DNA of 64,000 bases from Candidatus Eiseniibacteriota bacterium (GTDB taxonomy: Bacteria > Eisenbacteria > RBG-16-71-46 > JABDJR01). The notes beneath the pieces were generated by a model. It did no database searches. It was not told the origin of the DNA and saw only the letters and a program-made list of their open reading frames with translations. The position numbers and the translations under genes were made by a program. The stretch spans positions 1,312,001 to 1,376,000 of the forward strand of contig CAWANH010000029.1 in the NCBI GenBank assembly GCA_963783375.1, in the 5' to 3' direction. Shown in pieces: positions 1 to 10,045 of the stretch. Within the stretch, counting starts at the first letter, position 1. The number at the start of each line of letters is the position of its first letter.

Positions 1-89
1 CGTCGGGGTGTCAACTTTACCGCGGGAGCACGGATTCAGTAACTCGCTATATTGCAATTGGTTGCCAGCCCGTCTCCGCGGGGCGCCCC

Positions 90-1919
90 CTACAGCACCA
101 CCCGGATGTGGAGGTCCTGAAGGTCGTGGGGATCCACTTCCGCCGGGGCCCCGTCCATGAGGCTCGTGGCCCGGGCGGTCTTGGGGAACGCGATCACGTC
201 CCGGAGCGACTTGCTCCCGTTCATGAGCATGACCAGCCGGTCGAGCCCGGGGGCGATCCCCCCGTGGGGAGGCGCCCCGTACTGGAAGGCCTCCAGGAGG
301 AATCCGAATCGGCGCTCCGCGTCTTCGGCGCTCATCCCCACCACCTTCATGACCCGCTCCTGGATGTCCCGCCGGTGAATACGGATGGAGCCCGAGGCCA
401 GCTCGAGTCCGTTGGCCACCAGGTCGTAGAGGTTGCCGTGCACTTTCCCCGGATCGGTTTCCAGGTAGTCCAGGTGCTCCTCCAGGGGCATGGTGAACAT
501 GTGGTGGGCGGGCTCCCACCGTCCCGACTCGGCGTTGAACTCGAAGAGGGGGAACTCCCGGACCCACAGGAACCGGAACTCCTTCTCCCGCCCCGCCACC
601 AGGGGCTCGCCGAGCAGGGTGCGGACCGCTCCCAGGCCGCGGCAGGCGATGAGCCAGGTATCGGCCACGAACAGGAGGAGGTCTCCCGGCTTCGCGCCCA
701 GGACGTTCCGGAGGGCCGTCCCGTCGCCCAGGAACTTCCCGATCCCCCCCTCGAGCCCCGCGTCGGTCACCTTGGTCCAGGCCAGGCCCTTGGCCCCGTA
801 GGGCTTGGCCGCCGCCTCCAGGGTCTCGATCTCCTTCCGGCTCCGCGCCGCGCCCCCCGGCACCCGGAGCCCCTTCACCGTCCCCCCCCGGGCCAGCGCC
901 TCGTCGAAAACCTTGAACCCGAGCCCCCGAACCGAATCGGAAACGTCGGTGAGTGGAAGCTCGAAGCGCAGGTCCGGCTTGTCGGTGCCGTAGGTGTCCA
1001 TGGCCTCGCGGTAGGTGAGCCGCTGGAACGGGATGGGGAGATCGACGTCAAGGCAGCTCTTGAACACGTGGGCCATGAGCCCTTCGACCACCTCGAACAC
1101 GTCGTTCTCGCGAACGAAGGCCATCTCCATGTCGATCTGGGAGTGCTCGGGCTGGCGGTCGGCCCTGAGATCCTCGTCCCGCAGGCAGCGCGCGATCTGG
1201 AAGTAGCGATTCATCCCGCTCACCATGAGAATCTGCTTGTATAGCTGCGGGCTCTGGGGAAGAGCGTAGAACTTCCCGGGGTGGAGCCGGGCGGGAACGA
1301 CGTAGTCCCGAGCCCCTTCGGGGGTCGGCCGCACCATCATCGGGGTCTCCACCTCGATGAAGTCGAGTCCGTAGAGGTACTTTCTCACCTCCAGGGTCAC
1401 CCGCGAGCGGAGCCGGAGGGCCCGCTGGAGCGCCGGGCGGCGGAGATCCAGATAGCGGTAGCGGAGCCGCAGATCCTCGGAGACCTCGGCTTCGTCTTCC
1501 ACCGGAAAGGGTGGGGTTCTGGACGCGTTCAGGACGCGCACTTCCGAGGCCTCGACCTCGATCTCCCCGGTGGGGAGCTCGCGGTTCACCATGTCGGCCG
1601 GGCGGGCCCCCACCGCGCCCCGGACCGCCAGCACGAACTCGGCCCGGGCCGCGCGCGCCTTGGCCAGGGTCCCGGCGCTCACCTTCCCCGGATGAAAGAC
1701 CACCTGGGTGAGCCCGGTGTGGTCGCGGAGATCCACGAACACCACCCCCCCGTGGTCGCGGGTGCGGTGGACCCAGCCCATGAGCACCGCTTCGGCGCCG
1801 GCGTCGGGGCCTCGAAGCTCCCCGCACAAATGGGTGCGGCTCCAATCCCCCAGAAGCTCCGGCTGGAGTTTCGGCCCGTCGTCGGGGGCGCCCCCGATCC
1901 GTTCGTTCTCAGACGTCAT
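90..1919 (-). CDS. aspS: Aspartate--tRNA ligase
   Basis: RTHLCGELR, RDHGGVVFVDLRD, LPQSPQLYKQ, RDEDLRADRQPE and GAPPHGGIAPGLDRL motifs; overlaps hisS stop. Confidence 0.97.
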   Translation of the reverse strand: MTSENERIGGAPDDGPKLQPELLGDWSRTHLCGELRGPDAGAEAVLMGWVHRTRDHGGVVFVDLRDHTGLTQVVFHPGKVSAGTLAKARAARAEFVLAVRGAVGARPADMVNRELPTGEIEVEASEVRVLNASRTPPFPVEDEAEVSEDLRLRYRYLDLRRPALQRALRLRSRVTLEVRKYLYGLDFIEVETPMMVRPTPEGARDYVVPARLHPGKFYALPQSPQLYKQILMVSGMNRYFQIARCLRDEDLRADRQPEHSQIDMEMAFVRENDVFEVVEGLMAHVFKSCLDVDLPIPFQRLTYREAMDTYGTDKPDLRFELPLTDVSDSVRGLGFKVFDEALARGGTVKGLRVPGGAARSRKEIETLEAAAKPYGAKGLAWTKVTDAGLEGGIGKFLGDGTALRNVLGAKPGDLLLFVADTWLIACRGLGAVRTLLGEPLVAGREKEFRFLWVREFPLFEFNAESGRWEPAHHMFTMPLEEHLDYLETDPGKVHGNLYDLVANGLELASGSIRIHRRDIQERVMKVVGMSAEDAERRFGFLLEAFQYGAPPHGGIAPGLDRLVMLMNGSKSLRDVIAFPKTARATSLMDGAPAEVDPHDLQDLHIRVVL

Positions 1920-3187
1920 GATTCAATCCTCAGAATGTCCTCTAGATGGGCTTCGAGGCCGGTGTCGTCCACCGACGCCTGGTCTCCCGAGACCATGTCC
2001 TTCACCGTCCAGTGCTTTCCGGCCAGCTCCCCTTCCCCCACGATCACCACCGTGCGGGCGCCGCTTCGGTTGGCCGCCTTCATCTGGTTTCCAAGGTTCC
2101 GCTCCAGGAGATCCACGTCCACCCGGAACCGCGCGCGGAGCCGGTGGGCGAGGCTGAGCGCGGCTTCACGTTCCCGATCGCCGCCCGCGGTCACCACCGA
2201 GACCTCGGGAGCGGGCGCGCCGGGGAGGGAGACGCCTTCGGCCTCCAGCGCGAGCAGGATTCGCTCCACCCCGGTGGAGAAGCCCACTCCGGGGGTGGCC
2301 GGCCCACCCACCTCCTCCACCAGGCGGTCGTAACGGCCGCCGCCCCCCACCGCGTTCTGCGCTCCGAGCCCGCCGTGCTGGATCTCGAACACGGTTCGGG
2401 TGTAGTAGTCCAGGCCGCGCACCAGCCGGTCGTCCACCACCACCTCGATGCCCGCGTCGCGCAAGAGCGTCAGCACCCGCTCCTGGTGGGCGCGGCAGTC
2501 GTCGCAGAGGTGCTCCTGGATGCTGGGAATTTTCGCCGCCACCGTGCGGCACCCCTCCACCTTGCAGTCGAGCACCCGGAGCGGGTTCATCCCCACCCGT
2601 CTCACGCAATCCACACAGAGCCCATCCAGGTGATCCTGGAGATAGGTACGGAGCGCCTCGGTGTAGGCCGGTCGGCAGGCGCCGTCCCCCACGCTGTTCA
2701 CCAGCGCCGTGACCCCGGTGAGACCCACCGCGCCGAGGAGCCGCGCGAAGAGCGAGATCATCTCGAAATCGGCCCCGGGCGAGTCGGCGCCCAGAAGTTC
2801 GGCCCCGATCTGCTGGTGCTGGCGATAGCGGCCGGCCTGGGGGCGTTCGTAGCGGAACATCGGGCCGAGGTAGTAGACCTTCCACGGTTTGGGTCCGGCG
2901 TAGAGCTTGTGCTCCACGAAAGCGCGGGCCACCGAGGCGGTGCCCTCGGGTCTCAAGGTCAGGCTCCGGCCCTTCCGGTCGGGGAAGGTGTACATCTCCT
3001 TCTGCACGATGTCGGTGGACTCCCCCACCCCGCGCAGAAACAGCTCGGTGTGCTCGAACACCGGGGTGCGGATCTCGCCGAATCCGTAACGCTCGAGCAC
3101 GCTTCGAAACGCGGCCTCCACCCGTTCCCACGCCGGAGTGCGGTCGGGAAGAATGTCCTGGGTGCCCCGGGGGGCGTTCAGTTTCAT
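1916..3187 (-). CDS. hisS: Histidine--tRNA ligase
   Basis: Starts MKLNAPRGTQD at 3187; LTLRPEGTA, FRYERPQAGRYRQ, LVRGLDYYT, GGGRYD. Confidence 0.97.
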   Translation of the reverse strand: MKLNAPRGTQDILPDRTPAWERVEAAFRSVLERYGFGEIRTPVFEHTELFLRGVGESTDIVQKEMYTFPDRKGRSLTLRPEGTASVARAFVEHKLYAGPKPWKVYYLGPMFRYERPQAGRYRQHQQIGAELLGADSPGADFEMISLFARLLGAVGLTGVTALVNSVGDGACRPAYTEALRTYLQDHLDGLCVDCVRRVGMNPLRVLDCKVEGCRTVAAKIPSIQEHLCDDCRAHQERVLTLLRDAGIEVVVDDRLVRGLDYYTRTVFEIQHGGLGAQNAVGGGGRYDRLVEEVGGPATPGVGFSTGVERILLALEAEGVSLPGAPAPEVSVVTAGGDREREAALSLAHRLRARFRVDVDLLERNLGNQMKAANRSGARTVVIVGEGELAGKHWTVKDMVSGDQASVDDTGLEAHLEDILRIES

Positions 3188-3612
3188 GATCCGGTGCTCC
3201 CGTGCGAGTTTTCCGCCCCACCCCGGTCCCGTTGCCAGAGCCAGTGGGGGGAGTTCGAGGTCCGGCCCCGGAGCCATGCGTCCACCGAGACCGCGATCAG
3301 GACCGCGGTCAGGTCGGTGAGCCAATCTCCCAGACTCTTGTCGCGACCCACCGTCCCCTGAAAGGTCTCGTCCAGGGCGGCGATCCCCGCGCCCATGATC
3401 ACCGCCAACGCCATCCGGAGCCCGGCCCGGCGATTCTGGAGGGTGCGCCCCCACGCCCGGGCCAGGAGTCCTCCCAGGAGGGCGTACTCCATGAAGTGGG
3501 CCACCTTGTCGGCGTTGACCACGTGACCGGGAGGCGCCAGGGTCGGGATCGACGACAGGGTGAAGATGAGGGCGGCGTAGGTCGCCACCGGCAGCCATGC
3601 GCTCAGACTCAA
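3184..3612 (-). CDS. VanZ family membrane protein
   Basis: YAALIFTLSSIP..DKVAHFMEYALLG..DE..Q..R..SLGDWLTD pattern; TTG start overlapping upstream stop (TTGA). Confidence 0.8.
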   Translation of the reverse strand: MSLSAWLPVATYAALIFTLSSIPTLAPPGHVVNADKVAHFMEYALLGGLLARAWGRTLQNRRAGLRMALAVIMGAGIAALDETFQGTVGRDKSLGDWLTDLTAVLIAVSVDAWLRGRTSNSPHWLWQRDRGGAENSHGSTGS

Positions 3613-4103
3613 CCCGTAATCCGCTCTTCCTCGTGTCGAATGCAGGCCATGGCCTCGGCCGGAGTGCGCGCGCGCAGGAGGTTCCGCTGGAGATCTCCCG
3701 AGTAGAGAAGCCGGCTGATCCGGGCCAACACCCGGATGAACCCACCCCGTTCTTCGGGTCCCGCGACCAGGAACACGAGCTGGACCGGACGCTCGTCCAG
3801 CGCGTCGAAGTCGATGGGCCGGACCAGGCGGCCCAACGCCAGGGAGAGCCGGGTGGCTCCCGGGCTCTGGGCGTGGGGAACGGCGATTCCCCCCCCGATG
3901 CCGGTGCTCATGACCCGCTCGCGCTGCTGGATGTCGGCGACCATGCGCGAGGCGTCGGTGACCGCTCCCGCCTCCACCAGCGCCTCGACCAAAGCGTCGA
4001 TGACGGCATCCTTGGTGGACGCCGCCACATCCAGCCGCACGCACGACTCGTCGAGGATCTCGGTGAGCAGGGTCGTCCCTTTCGAATGAAAACGGCCTCG
4101 CAT
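3609..4103 (-). CDS. PTS EIIA domain protein (PtsN/fructose-mannitol type); start uncertain
   Basis: QRERVMSTGIGGGIAVPHA phospho-His motif; PIDFDALDERPVQLVFL. Confidence 0.9.
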   Translation of the reverse strand: MRGRFHSKGTTLLTEILDESCVRLDVAASTKDAVIDALVEALVEAGAVTDASRMVADIQQRERVMSTGIGGGIAVPHAQSPGATRLSLALGRLVRPIDFDALDERPVQLVFLVAGPEERGGFIRVLARISRLLYSGDLQRNLLRARTPAEAMACIRHEEERITG

Positions 4104-4191
4104 CGGGCCCACGGGCCGCGAGGGCTCTGGGTGATCCGACGGCGACGCCGAACGCCGGAACGGTAATGCGCGCAATCGGTTTCTCCGATGA

Positions 4192-4219
4192 ACTATATCA
4201 GCCGCCGGGCGGCTGTCAA
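4192..4219 (-). promoter_or_regulatory. Sigma70-type promoter of the EIIA-VanZ-hisS-aspS operon
   Basis: TTGACA-16nt-TATAGT on minus strand with TG extension; spacer is an inverted repeat. Confidence 0.65.
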
Positions 4220-4301
4220 GGAACCGGGACCCCGCACCGCCGGATCCGGATTCCGGCTCGACCGGATACGGTCCCCGGGCGGCCGCGGGAGGCGGGCGCC
4301 G

Positions 4302-4970
4302 TCATCTCCGATACACGAAGCTCATCTCGAACCACGCCTCCACCGGCTCGCCCCCGCGTCGCGCCGGGACGAAACGCATGGCCCGGGCCGATCGTTCGAG
4401 GGCCTCACGGAGGGGAGCGGGGAGATCGGGTTTCCGGGGCACGACCTCGGCCACCCGGCCCCGGCGATCCACCCGCAGCCGCACCGAGATCTCGAGCGGC
4501 GAGGGGAGCCCCTCGGACTCCTCGGGGGTCAGGGGCAATGCTCCGGCCAGAAGCTTGGGGGGTCGATACCGGAGCGCGCCCGGCGCGCCGCTCCGGGGGG
4601 CCGTCGCCGCCGGCGATCCCGCCGCCGGTTCCGAGGCCCCGGCGCTACCCGCCCCCGTCGCCGCCGGCGTCCGGGCAGGATTCTCGGAGGGGGCCTCGGC
4701 CGGGGGCGGATCCTGGATGGGCGGGGCGGCCACCGCCGGAGCCGGCGGGGGGGCCTCGACCGGTTCCGGGCGCGGCGGCCCCGCCACGGCCGCCGGTCCC
4801 CACGGCACCAGCGATACCGTCAACGGACCTTCGAGGTGGCTCCCCGCCCGACCCGGCTCCTCCCGGGGAGTCAGCCCTTCCCACCAGCTGCCGGGCGCCA
4901 GGACCAGCGCGACGTGGAAGAGCACGGAGGCGGCCGCGGTCCGGGCCAGAACCCGGTTCTCGCCGCTCAT
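4302..4970 (-). CDS. TonB family protein (TM anchor, Pro-rich linker, TonB_C)
   Basis: ASVLFH anchor motif; VRLRVDRRGRV..AMRFVPARRGGEPVEAW C-terminal domain. Confidence 0.8.
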   Translation of the reverse strand: MSGENRVLARTAAASVLFHVALVLAPGSWWEGLTPREEPGRAGSHLEGPLTVSLVPWGPAAVAGPPRPEPVEAPPPAPAVAAPPIQDPPPAEAPSENPARTPAATGAGSAGASEPAAGSPAATAPRSGAPGALRYRPPKLLAGALPLTPEESEGLPSPLEISVRLRVDRRGRVAEVVPRKPDLPAPLREALERSARAMRFVPARRGGEPVEAWFEMSFVYRR

Positions 4971-6958
4971 CGCGCCCGCGCCCGTTCCAGGACGGTGAAG
5001 GGGCCGGAGCGCCCGGCGGCGCGTCCCCCCAGGAGATCCTCGACCTCCACCCGGAGAACGTAGCCACCGGGATCGAGAGGCGGCAGGTCCACCGAGAGGA
5101 GCTGGGACAGGTTCGGCCCCGGGCCCGAGTCCTCGAACACCAGCTCACCCTCCGGGCTCGACCCCCCGAAGGGAAGGAGGACGTGGAACCAGCCACGGGC
5201 GGTCTGCCGTCCGACGGTGACCCGGATCCGGACCGAGTGGTCCCCGTTCCCGTCCTGCTTCAGCCCGTAGGTTTCGAAGCCGATCCCGATCGGGCGGTCC
5301 CCCCGGTAGACGTGCCCGGGATTGGGAAGGGCGCTGCCGTAGGCCCAGGGATACCCCCCGTCCCCGGGATCGAACCCCACCTTGCTGAAGAAGGCGAGGT
5401 CGCTCAGGCTCGGGCGGGCGCGGGCGGTGTCCGGCGGGAGGGCCGCGTAGAGGTCGGACCGCCCCGCCTCCTGCCGATCGAGGGTCTCCATGCCCACGAT
5501 GAGGCTCTCGGGGAGCGCGTCGAGCCGGAAGAGACCGATGAGCCGTCCCAGGTCGTCCTTCTGGAACAGGGCCCAGCTTCCCACCGCCGCGTCGCGACGC
5601 GTCCAGGTCGAGTCGTAGAGGGCGATCCGGGTGGCCAGCCGGTAGGGCGCGTCCAGGACCCCGCCCGGCCAATCCTCGGGTGAGAGCGCCGCCGCCACCT
5701 CGATCCGCCCCCGACCGGTGGCCGGGTCGAGGAAACGCCAGATCTCGATCTCCTGGTCCCGCTCGGGCGACGGGAAGGGCGGCCGGTAAGTGGACGGGTA
5801 CTGGGCGGCGAAGAGGTCCAGGTTCGATGGGCTCCCGGAGATCGGCGGGAGAAACCGTCCGTTCAGGTTGTAGTCCAGGAAGGTGAAGAGGATCGTTCCG
5901 CCGTCCTGGCCGTAGCGAACGTCGATGGAGGGAACGGCCAGCCATGAGTTCACGCGACAGTCGGGGCCGCGCCGGACGTCGGCGAGGTAGCTCCAGTCCG
6001 AGGGAATGCCGTAGCGCACCAGCATCTCGCCCGGCGCGACGTCCCAGCCCGGGATCCCGGACGACTCCTGTCCGAACAGGAGCTCGGCCAGCACCATGCG
6101 CCGGTAATGATCGAGGAGCCGGGGGTTCTCCCGGTCGGCGGGAGTGGGGTCGCGCCAGCGCCAGTAGTCCCGCCAGTAGCGAAGGGTGTCGGCGGATGCC
6201 TCCCGTTCTTCTTCCGCCCGGGGGTCGACCGCGGCCAGGCTGATGAAGGGTTTTCGCTCCGTCTCGCTCATCAGGGCGAAAGCGGCGGCGTAGGCCCGGC
6301 GGGCCCGGGTCCAGGCGCCGGCCCGGGTGAAGAGCATGCCCCGGACCAGATGGGGCCACGCGCTTTCCGGCGCCGCGTCCCTCATCCGGGCGCAAAGGGA
6401 ATCCAGCGCGCCGTCCCTTCCCTGGATCGCGGCGATCCGCATCTCCCGCCTGAGGGTGGTGGTATCGCCGGGGTCGATGGCCAGGGCCCGCCCGTTCTCC
6501 CGCGCCGCATCGGCAAGGAAGCTCAGGCGGTGGAACTGCTCGAAGCGCCGAAGTTCATGCCCGGCCAGCTCGCCTCGAACGTCCGCCCGATTCGGGGCCA
6601 GCGCGATGGCCCGGCGGTAAGCGAGCCGGGCCTCGCGTCGGTATTTCCGGCGTTCCTGGAGCCTTGCCAGCTGCAGCCAGGTGTCGGGATCGCGATCGTC
6701 GATGAGAACAGCCTGATCGAGGAGCTCGGCCGCCTCCCGGCGGTTCTCCACGTCGTCGCTCGCCCCCAGGATGCGGGCAAGAGTGCGTCGCGCTTCCAGG
6801 TTCCGCCGATCGGCCCGGACCTCCCTCCGCAGTTCGTCGACGTGGGCGGTGGAGTCGGCCGGGGCCGCGTGGGAAGCGGGAGGAAAGGAGAGGTGAAGAA
6901 GTCCAACCAGGAGCGCTACGGCAACCCGCACGGGGCCGGTATGCCGTGGAGTGCGCAC
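4967..6958 (-). CDS. Exported TPR + GWxTD-like domain protein
   Basis: Signal peptide ..PPASHA-A; TPR helices; YWRWRDPTPADREN..HYRR..GWDVAPGEMLVRYGIP; C-terminal Ig-like (LDPGGYVLRVEVEDL). The listed ORF extension to 8176 is out-of-frame overlap. Confidence 0.75.
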   Translation of the reverse strand: MRTPRHTGPVRVAVALLVGLLHLSFPPASHAAPADSTAHVDELRREVRADRRNLEARRTLARILGASDDVENRREAAELLDQAVLIDDRDPDTWLQLARLQERRKYRREARLAYRRAIALAPNRADVRGELAGHELRRFEQFHRLSFLADAARENGRALAIDPGDTTTLRREMRIAAIQGRDGALDSLCARMRDAAPESAWPHLVRGMLFTRAGAWTRARRAYAAAFALMSETERKPFISLAAVDPRAEEEREASADTLRYWRDYWRWRDPTPADRENPRLLDHYRRMVLAELLFGQESSGIPGWDVAPGEMLVRYGIPSDWSYLADVRRGPDCRVNSWLAVPSIDVRYGQDGGTILFTFLDYNLNGRFLPPISGSPSNLDLFAAQYPSTYRPPFPSPERDQEIEIWRFLDPATGRGRIEVAAALSPEDWPGGVLDAPYRLATRIALYDSTWTRRDAAVGSWALFQKDDLGRLIGLFRLDALPESLIVGMETLDRQEAGRSDLYAALPPDTARARPSLSDLAFFSKVGFDPGDGGYPWAYGSALPNPGHVYRGDRPIGIGFETYGLKQDGNGDHSVRIRVTVGRQTARGWFHVLLPFGGSSPEGELVFEDSGPGPNLSQLLSVDLPPLDPGGYVLRVEVEDLLGGRAAGRSGPFTVLERARAR

Positions 6959-6966
6959 CGCCGAGC

Positions 6967-9900
6967 TTACACGCGCGGGACCGGCCGGATGCCGTAGCGG
7001 GTTATCTTGTTCTTCAGGCCCTTGCGGCTCAATCCCAGTTCCTGAGCGGCCCGGGTCTTGTTCCAGGCGTGCTTCTTCAGCGCATCCACCACCAGCCGCC
7101 GCTCCACGTCCTCCACCGAGGCCCGGAGATCGTTCTCCCCGTGGTCCAGGACGGAGCCGCGGGCACTGTCGGTGGCGGAAAGGATCTCGCGGGGAAGGAG
7201 GTCCAGGCTGATGGACTCGTCGTCCTCGGCCAGGATGGCCGCCCGGCGAACCGCCTTTTCCAGCTCGCGAACGTTTCCCGGCCACTGGAAGCGCACCAGT
7301 CTCTGCATCGCGGTGCGGTTGAACCCGCTGATGGACCGCGAGGTCTGGGCGTTGAAGGTCTCCAGGAAGTACTCGGCCAGAAGCGGGATGTCCTCGGGAC
7401 GCTCCCGGAGGGCGGGGACCCGGATGATGATGTCGTTCAACCGGTAGTAGAGATCCTTGAGGAAGGGTTCCTCGTCCTGGTTCAGGAGATCCTTCTTGCT
7501 GGTGGCGCAGATCACCCGGACGTTGAGCTTCCGATAGCTGTTGGAGCCGACCGGCCGCACCTCGCCCTCGTCGAGAAGGTGGAGCAGCCGCCGCTGGACC
7601 CCGAGACCCGACTTGCCGATCTCGTCCAGGAAAATGGTTCCACCGTCCGCCTCCTCGAAGAGCCCCTTCTTGTCGTGGCTGGCCCCGGTGAAGGCCCCCT
7701 TGGTGTAGCCGAAGAGTTCGGACTCCAGGAGGTTCTCGGGAAGCGCGGCGCAATCCACGGTCACGAACGACCCCTCGGCCCGGTCGCTGGACAGGTGGAT
7801 GGCCCGGGCGATCAGGGTTTTCCCCGTCCCGGTCTCCCCCTGGAGCAACACGGTGAGATTGGTGCGATTCACCTTCTCCACCAGCTTCAGGATCTCGACC
7901 ATTTCCTGGTTCTGGGTGACCACGTCGGCAAGGAAGGTGCGGCGGCGAAGGCTGTCCTCCTCGGTGGGGATGATCGTCGCCTCCAGGGAGGCGCGATCCA
8001 CCAGGGCCTCGAGCTGGGAGGTGAGAGCCAGGCAAAGGTTCAGATGACTCGGCCCGAAAGAGGACCGGCGCCCCTCCTCCAGTCGATCGAGATACAGGTA
8101 GGCCGCCTCGCCGTTCCCGTAGATCGGAATGACCATGAAGGAGGACATCCGGCGGGTCTCGACGAGGCCGGTCCACGGCTTACGGACCGTGGTGGCGGCG
8201 TCGAGCACGATCTCCGGCCGCTCGGGCCGGAGCTGGGTCAGGGTAGCGACCAGCCGCTGGCTGATGGCCGACCCGATGCGATAGGTGGTCGTGGGAACCG
8301 GACCGTTGGTGAAGACAAGGCCGGCTCCGTCCGCTTCCACCGCCTGGGCCATGATCCCGAGCACGGCGTCCAGCTTGGCCTGGTAGGGGCGGCGGGATTC
8401 CACCACCTCTTCGAGCCGGCCCGCGGTGCGGAAGGCGCCGAGGTTGGTGACCGAGGTATCCACGAGCCGGGTCTCCAACTCGTTCTGAACCTGGGCCAGG
8501 AGCTTGACCAGGGAGGGGTCGGCGACCACATCCATGCCGCTCCGCGCCGCCTCGAGGTATTCCCCCGCCCGATCGAGGTCCCCGCGGCGGCTGGCCGCCC
8601 CCGCCAGCATGATCGAGCACTCCACCTCCAGATCCCGGAGACCGAGAGCCTTGAAACCCTGGCGGGCCTCGCCGAGGGCGACCTCGGCCCGAGCCAGATC
8701 CTTACCGCCGTGAAGCCGCAGGCGGCCTTCTTCCATCAGGGTGTGGGCCAGCGGGAAGGGGCTCCCCAGCCGGCGGAGCAGGTCCTGGGCCTCGGCGATC
8801 AGTTCGTAGCCCGAGGCCTCGCCCTGGGCCAGAAGCACCCGCCCGTGGGTCAGCTTGGCCAGGGCGGATTCCATGCGATCCCCCACCCGCACCGAAAGCT
8901 CCTCGGCGCGGCGGGCCAGACCGGCGGCGTCCGCCGGCTTGCCGTCGACCAGATCGAGGTCGGCGCGAAGCCGGAGAAGCTCCCGCACGAGATCGCCCTC
9001 GGGGGAGATCTCCATCGCCTTGCGCCAGGCCACCTCGAAGCAGCGACGGGACCGGGCCAGATCGCCGCGAGCCTGGTGAAGCTGTCCCAACGATCGGTAG
9101 GTGAGCGCGGTCTCGCGCGGATACTGCTCCTCCGAGCAGAGCTCCAGGGACTGTTCGAGGGATTCCAGGGCGTGATCCCAGCGCCGCTCGATCAGGTCCA
9201 CTCCGGCCGTTCCCACCAGGGCGCGGATCGTGCCCAGGGGATCGTTCACCGCGCGGCAAAGCTTGAGCGATTCGGAGAAGCACTCGCGGGCGCGCTCCCA
9301 GTGTCCCATCTTGAAGTGGACGATACCCAGGTTGTGGAGCCCGCCGGCATGCCGCTCGGGGTACTCCCCCTCGATGGCCTGGAGGCTGGAGGAGACCTGG
9401 AGATACTCCAGGGCCCGCCGCCAGTCGCACTTCTCCTTGTAGATCAACCCGAGGTTGTTGTAGGCGAGAGAGAGGCTGCGGATGTCCCCCGCGCCCTTGA
9501 AGGCGGAAAGTGCCTGCTCGAAACAACGCGCGCTCTCTCCCAGATCGCCCTTGCGGTTGTGCGCGGAGCCGAGGAGGTTCAGCGCGAACCCGCGGGAGGA
9601 CGGATCGGTCTTGGGATCGATAAGCTTCATGGCGTCGGCGCCGCAACGAAGCGCGGTGTCGATAGCGCCCTGTCCTAGGTGGATCTTCCCCAGCTTGATG
9701 AGGACGCGACCCAGCTCAGGTTCGTCCTCCGCCGCCCGCGCGGCGGCGGCGGCGTCCTCGAGGACGTTGAGCGCTTCCTTCCACCGGCCGATTCGCTCCA
9801 GACAGCTCCCGATCCCCTTCAATGCCCGGGCCTTCTGGGATGCGCTGACGTCCGCGTCCAGGGCCCGACGGTACGTCCGTACCGCGGACTCGTAGTTGGC

Positions 9901-10008
9901 GGCGGCCTGTTCCAGGTCGGCCACGCTCAACATCTCCTCCGCAGTCTGGAGCTTCTGAGCCTCGGCACTCACTCCCGGTGAGGCGCTTTTCTGGGCTCGA
10001 TCAGCCAT
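6967..10008 (-). CDS. Sigma54-dependent enhancer-binding protein: N-terminal TPR array, GAF-like domain, AAA+, Fis HTH
   Basis: GETGTGKT, ESELFGYTKGAFTGA, IFLDEIG, WPGNVRELE, WNKTRAAQELGLSR; repeated AYNNLG/LHNLG TPR motifs in first ~500 aa. Confidence 0.93.
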   Translation of the reverse strand: MADRAQKSASPGVSAEAQKLQTAEEMLSVADLEQAAANYESAVRTYRRALDADVSASQKARALKGIGSCLERIGRWKEALNVLEDAAAAARAAEDEPELGRVLIKLGKIHLGQGAIDTALRCGADAMKLIDPKTDPSSRGFALNLLGSAHNRKGDLGESARCFEQALSAFKGAGDIRSLSLAYNNLGLIYKEKCDWRRALEYLQVSSSLQAIEGEYPERHAGGLHNLGIVHFKMGHWERARECFSESLKLCRAVNDPLGTIRALVGTAGVDLIERRWDHALESLEQSLELCSEEQYPRETALTYRSLGQLHQARGDLARSRRCFEVAWRKAMEISPEGDLVRELLRLRADLDLVDGKPADAAGLARRAEELSVRVGDRMESALAKLTHGRVLLAQGEASGYELIAEAQDLLRRLGSPFPLAHTLMEEGRLRLHGGKDLARAEVALGEARQGFKALGLRDLEVECSIMLAGAASRRGDLDRAGEYLEAARSGMDVVADPSLVKLLAQVQNELETRLVDTSVTNLGAFRTAGRLEEVVESRRPYQAKLDAVLGIMAQAVEADGAGLVFTNGPVPTTTYRIGSAISQRLVATLTQLRPERPEIVLDAATTVRKPWTGLVETRRMSSFMVIPIYGNGEAAYLYLDRLEEGRRSSFGPSHLNLCLALTSQLEALVDRASLEATIIPTEEDSLRRRTFLADVVTQNQEMVEILKLVEKVNRTNLTVLLQGETGTGKTLIARAIHLSSDRAEGSFVTVDCAALPENLLESELFGYTKGAFTGASHDKKGLFEEADGGTIFLDEIGKSGLGVQRRLLHLLDEGEVRPVGSNSYRKLNVRVICATSKKDLLNQDEEPFLKDLYYRLNDIIIRVPALRERPEDIPLLAEYFLETFNAQTSRSISGFNRTAMQRLVRFQWPGNVRELEKAVRRAAILAEDDESISLDLLPREILSATDSARGSVLDHGENDLRASVEDVERRLVVDALKKHAWNKTRAAQELGLSRKGLKNKITRYGIRPVPRV

Positions 10009-10045
10009 AACTCCAACCCTCCGTGCTTAACCCGCGGCCGGGGGC

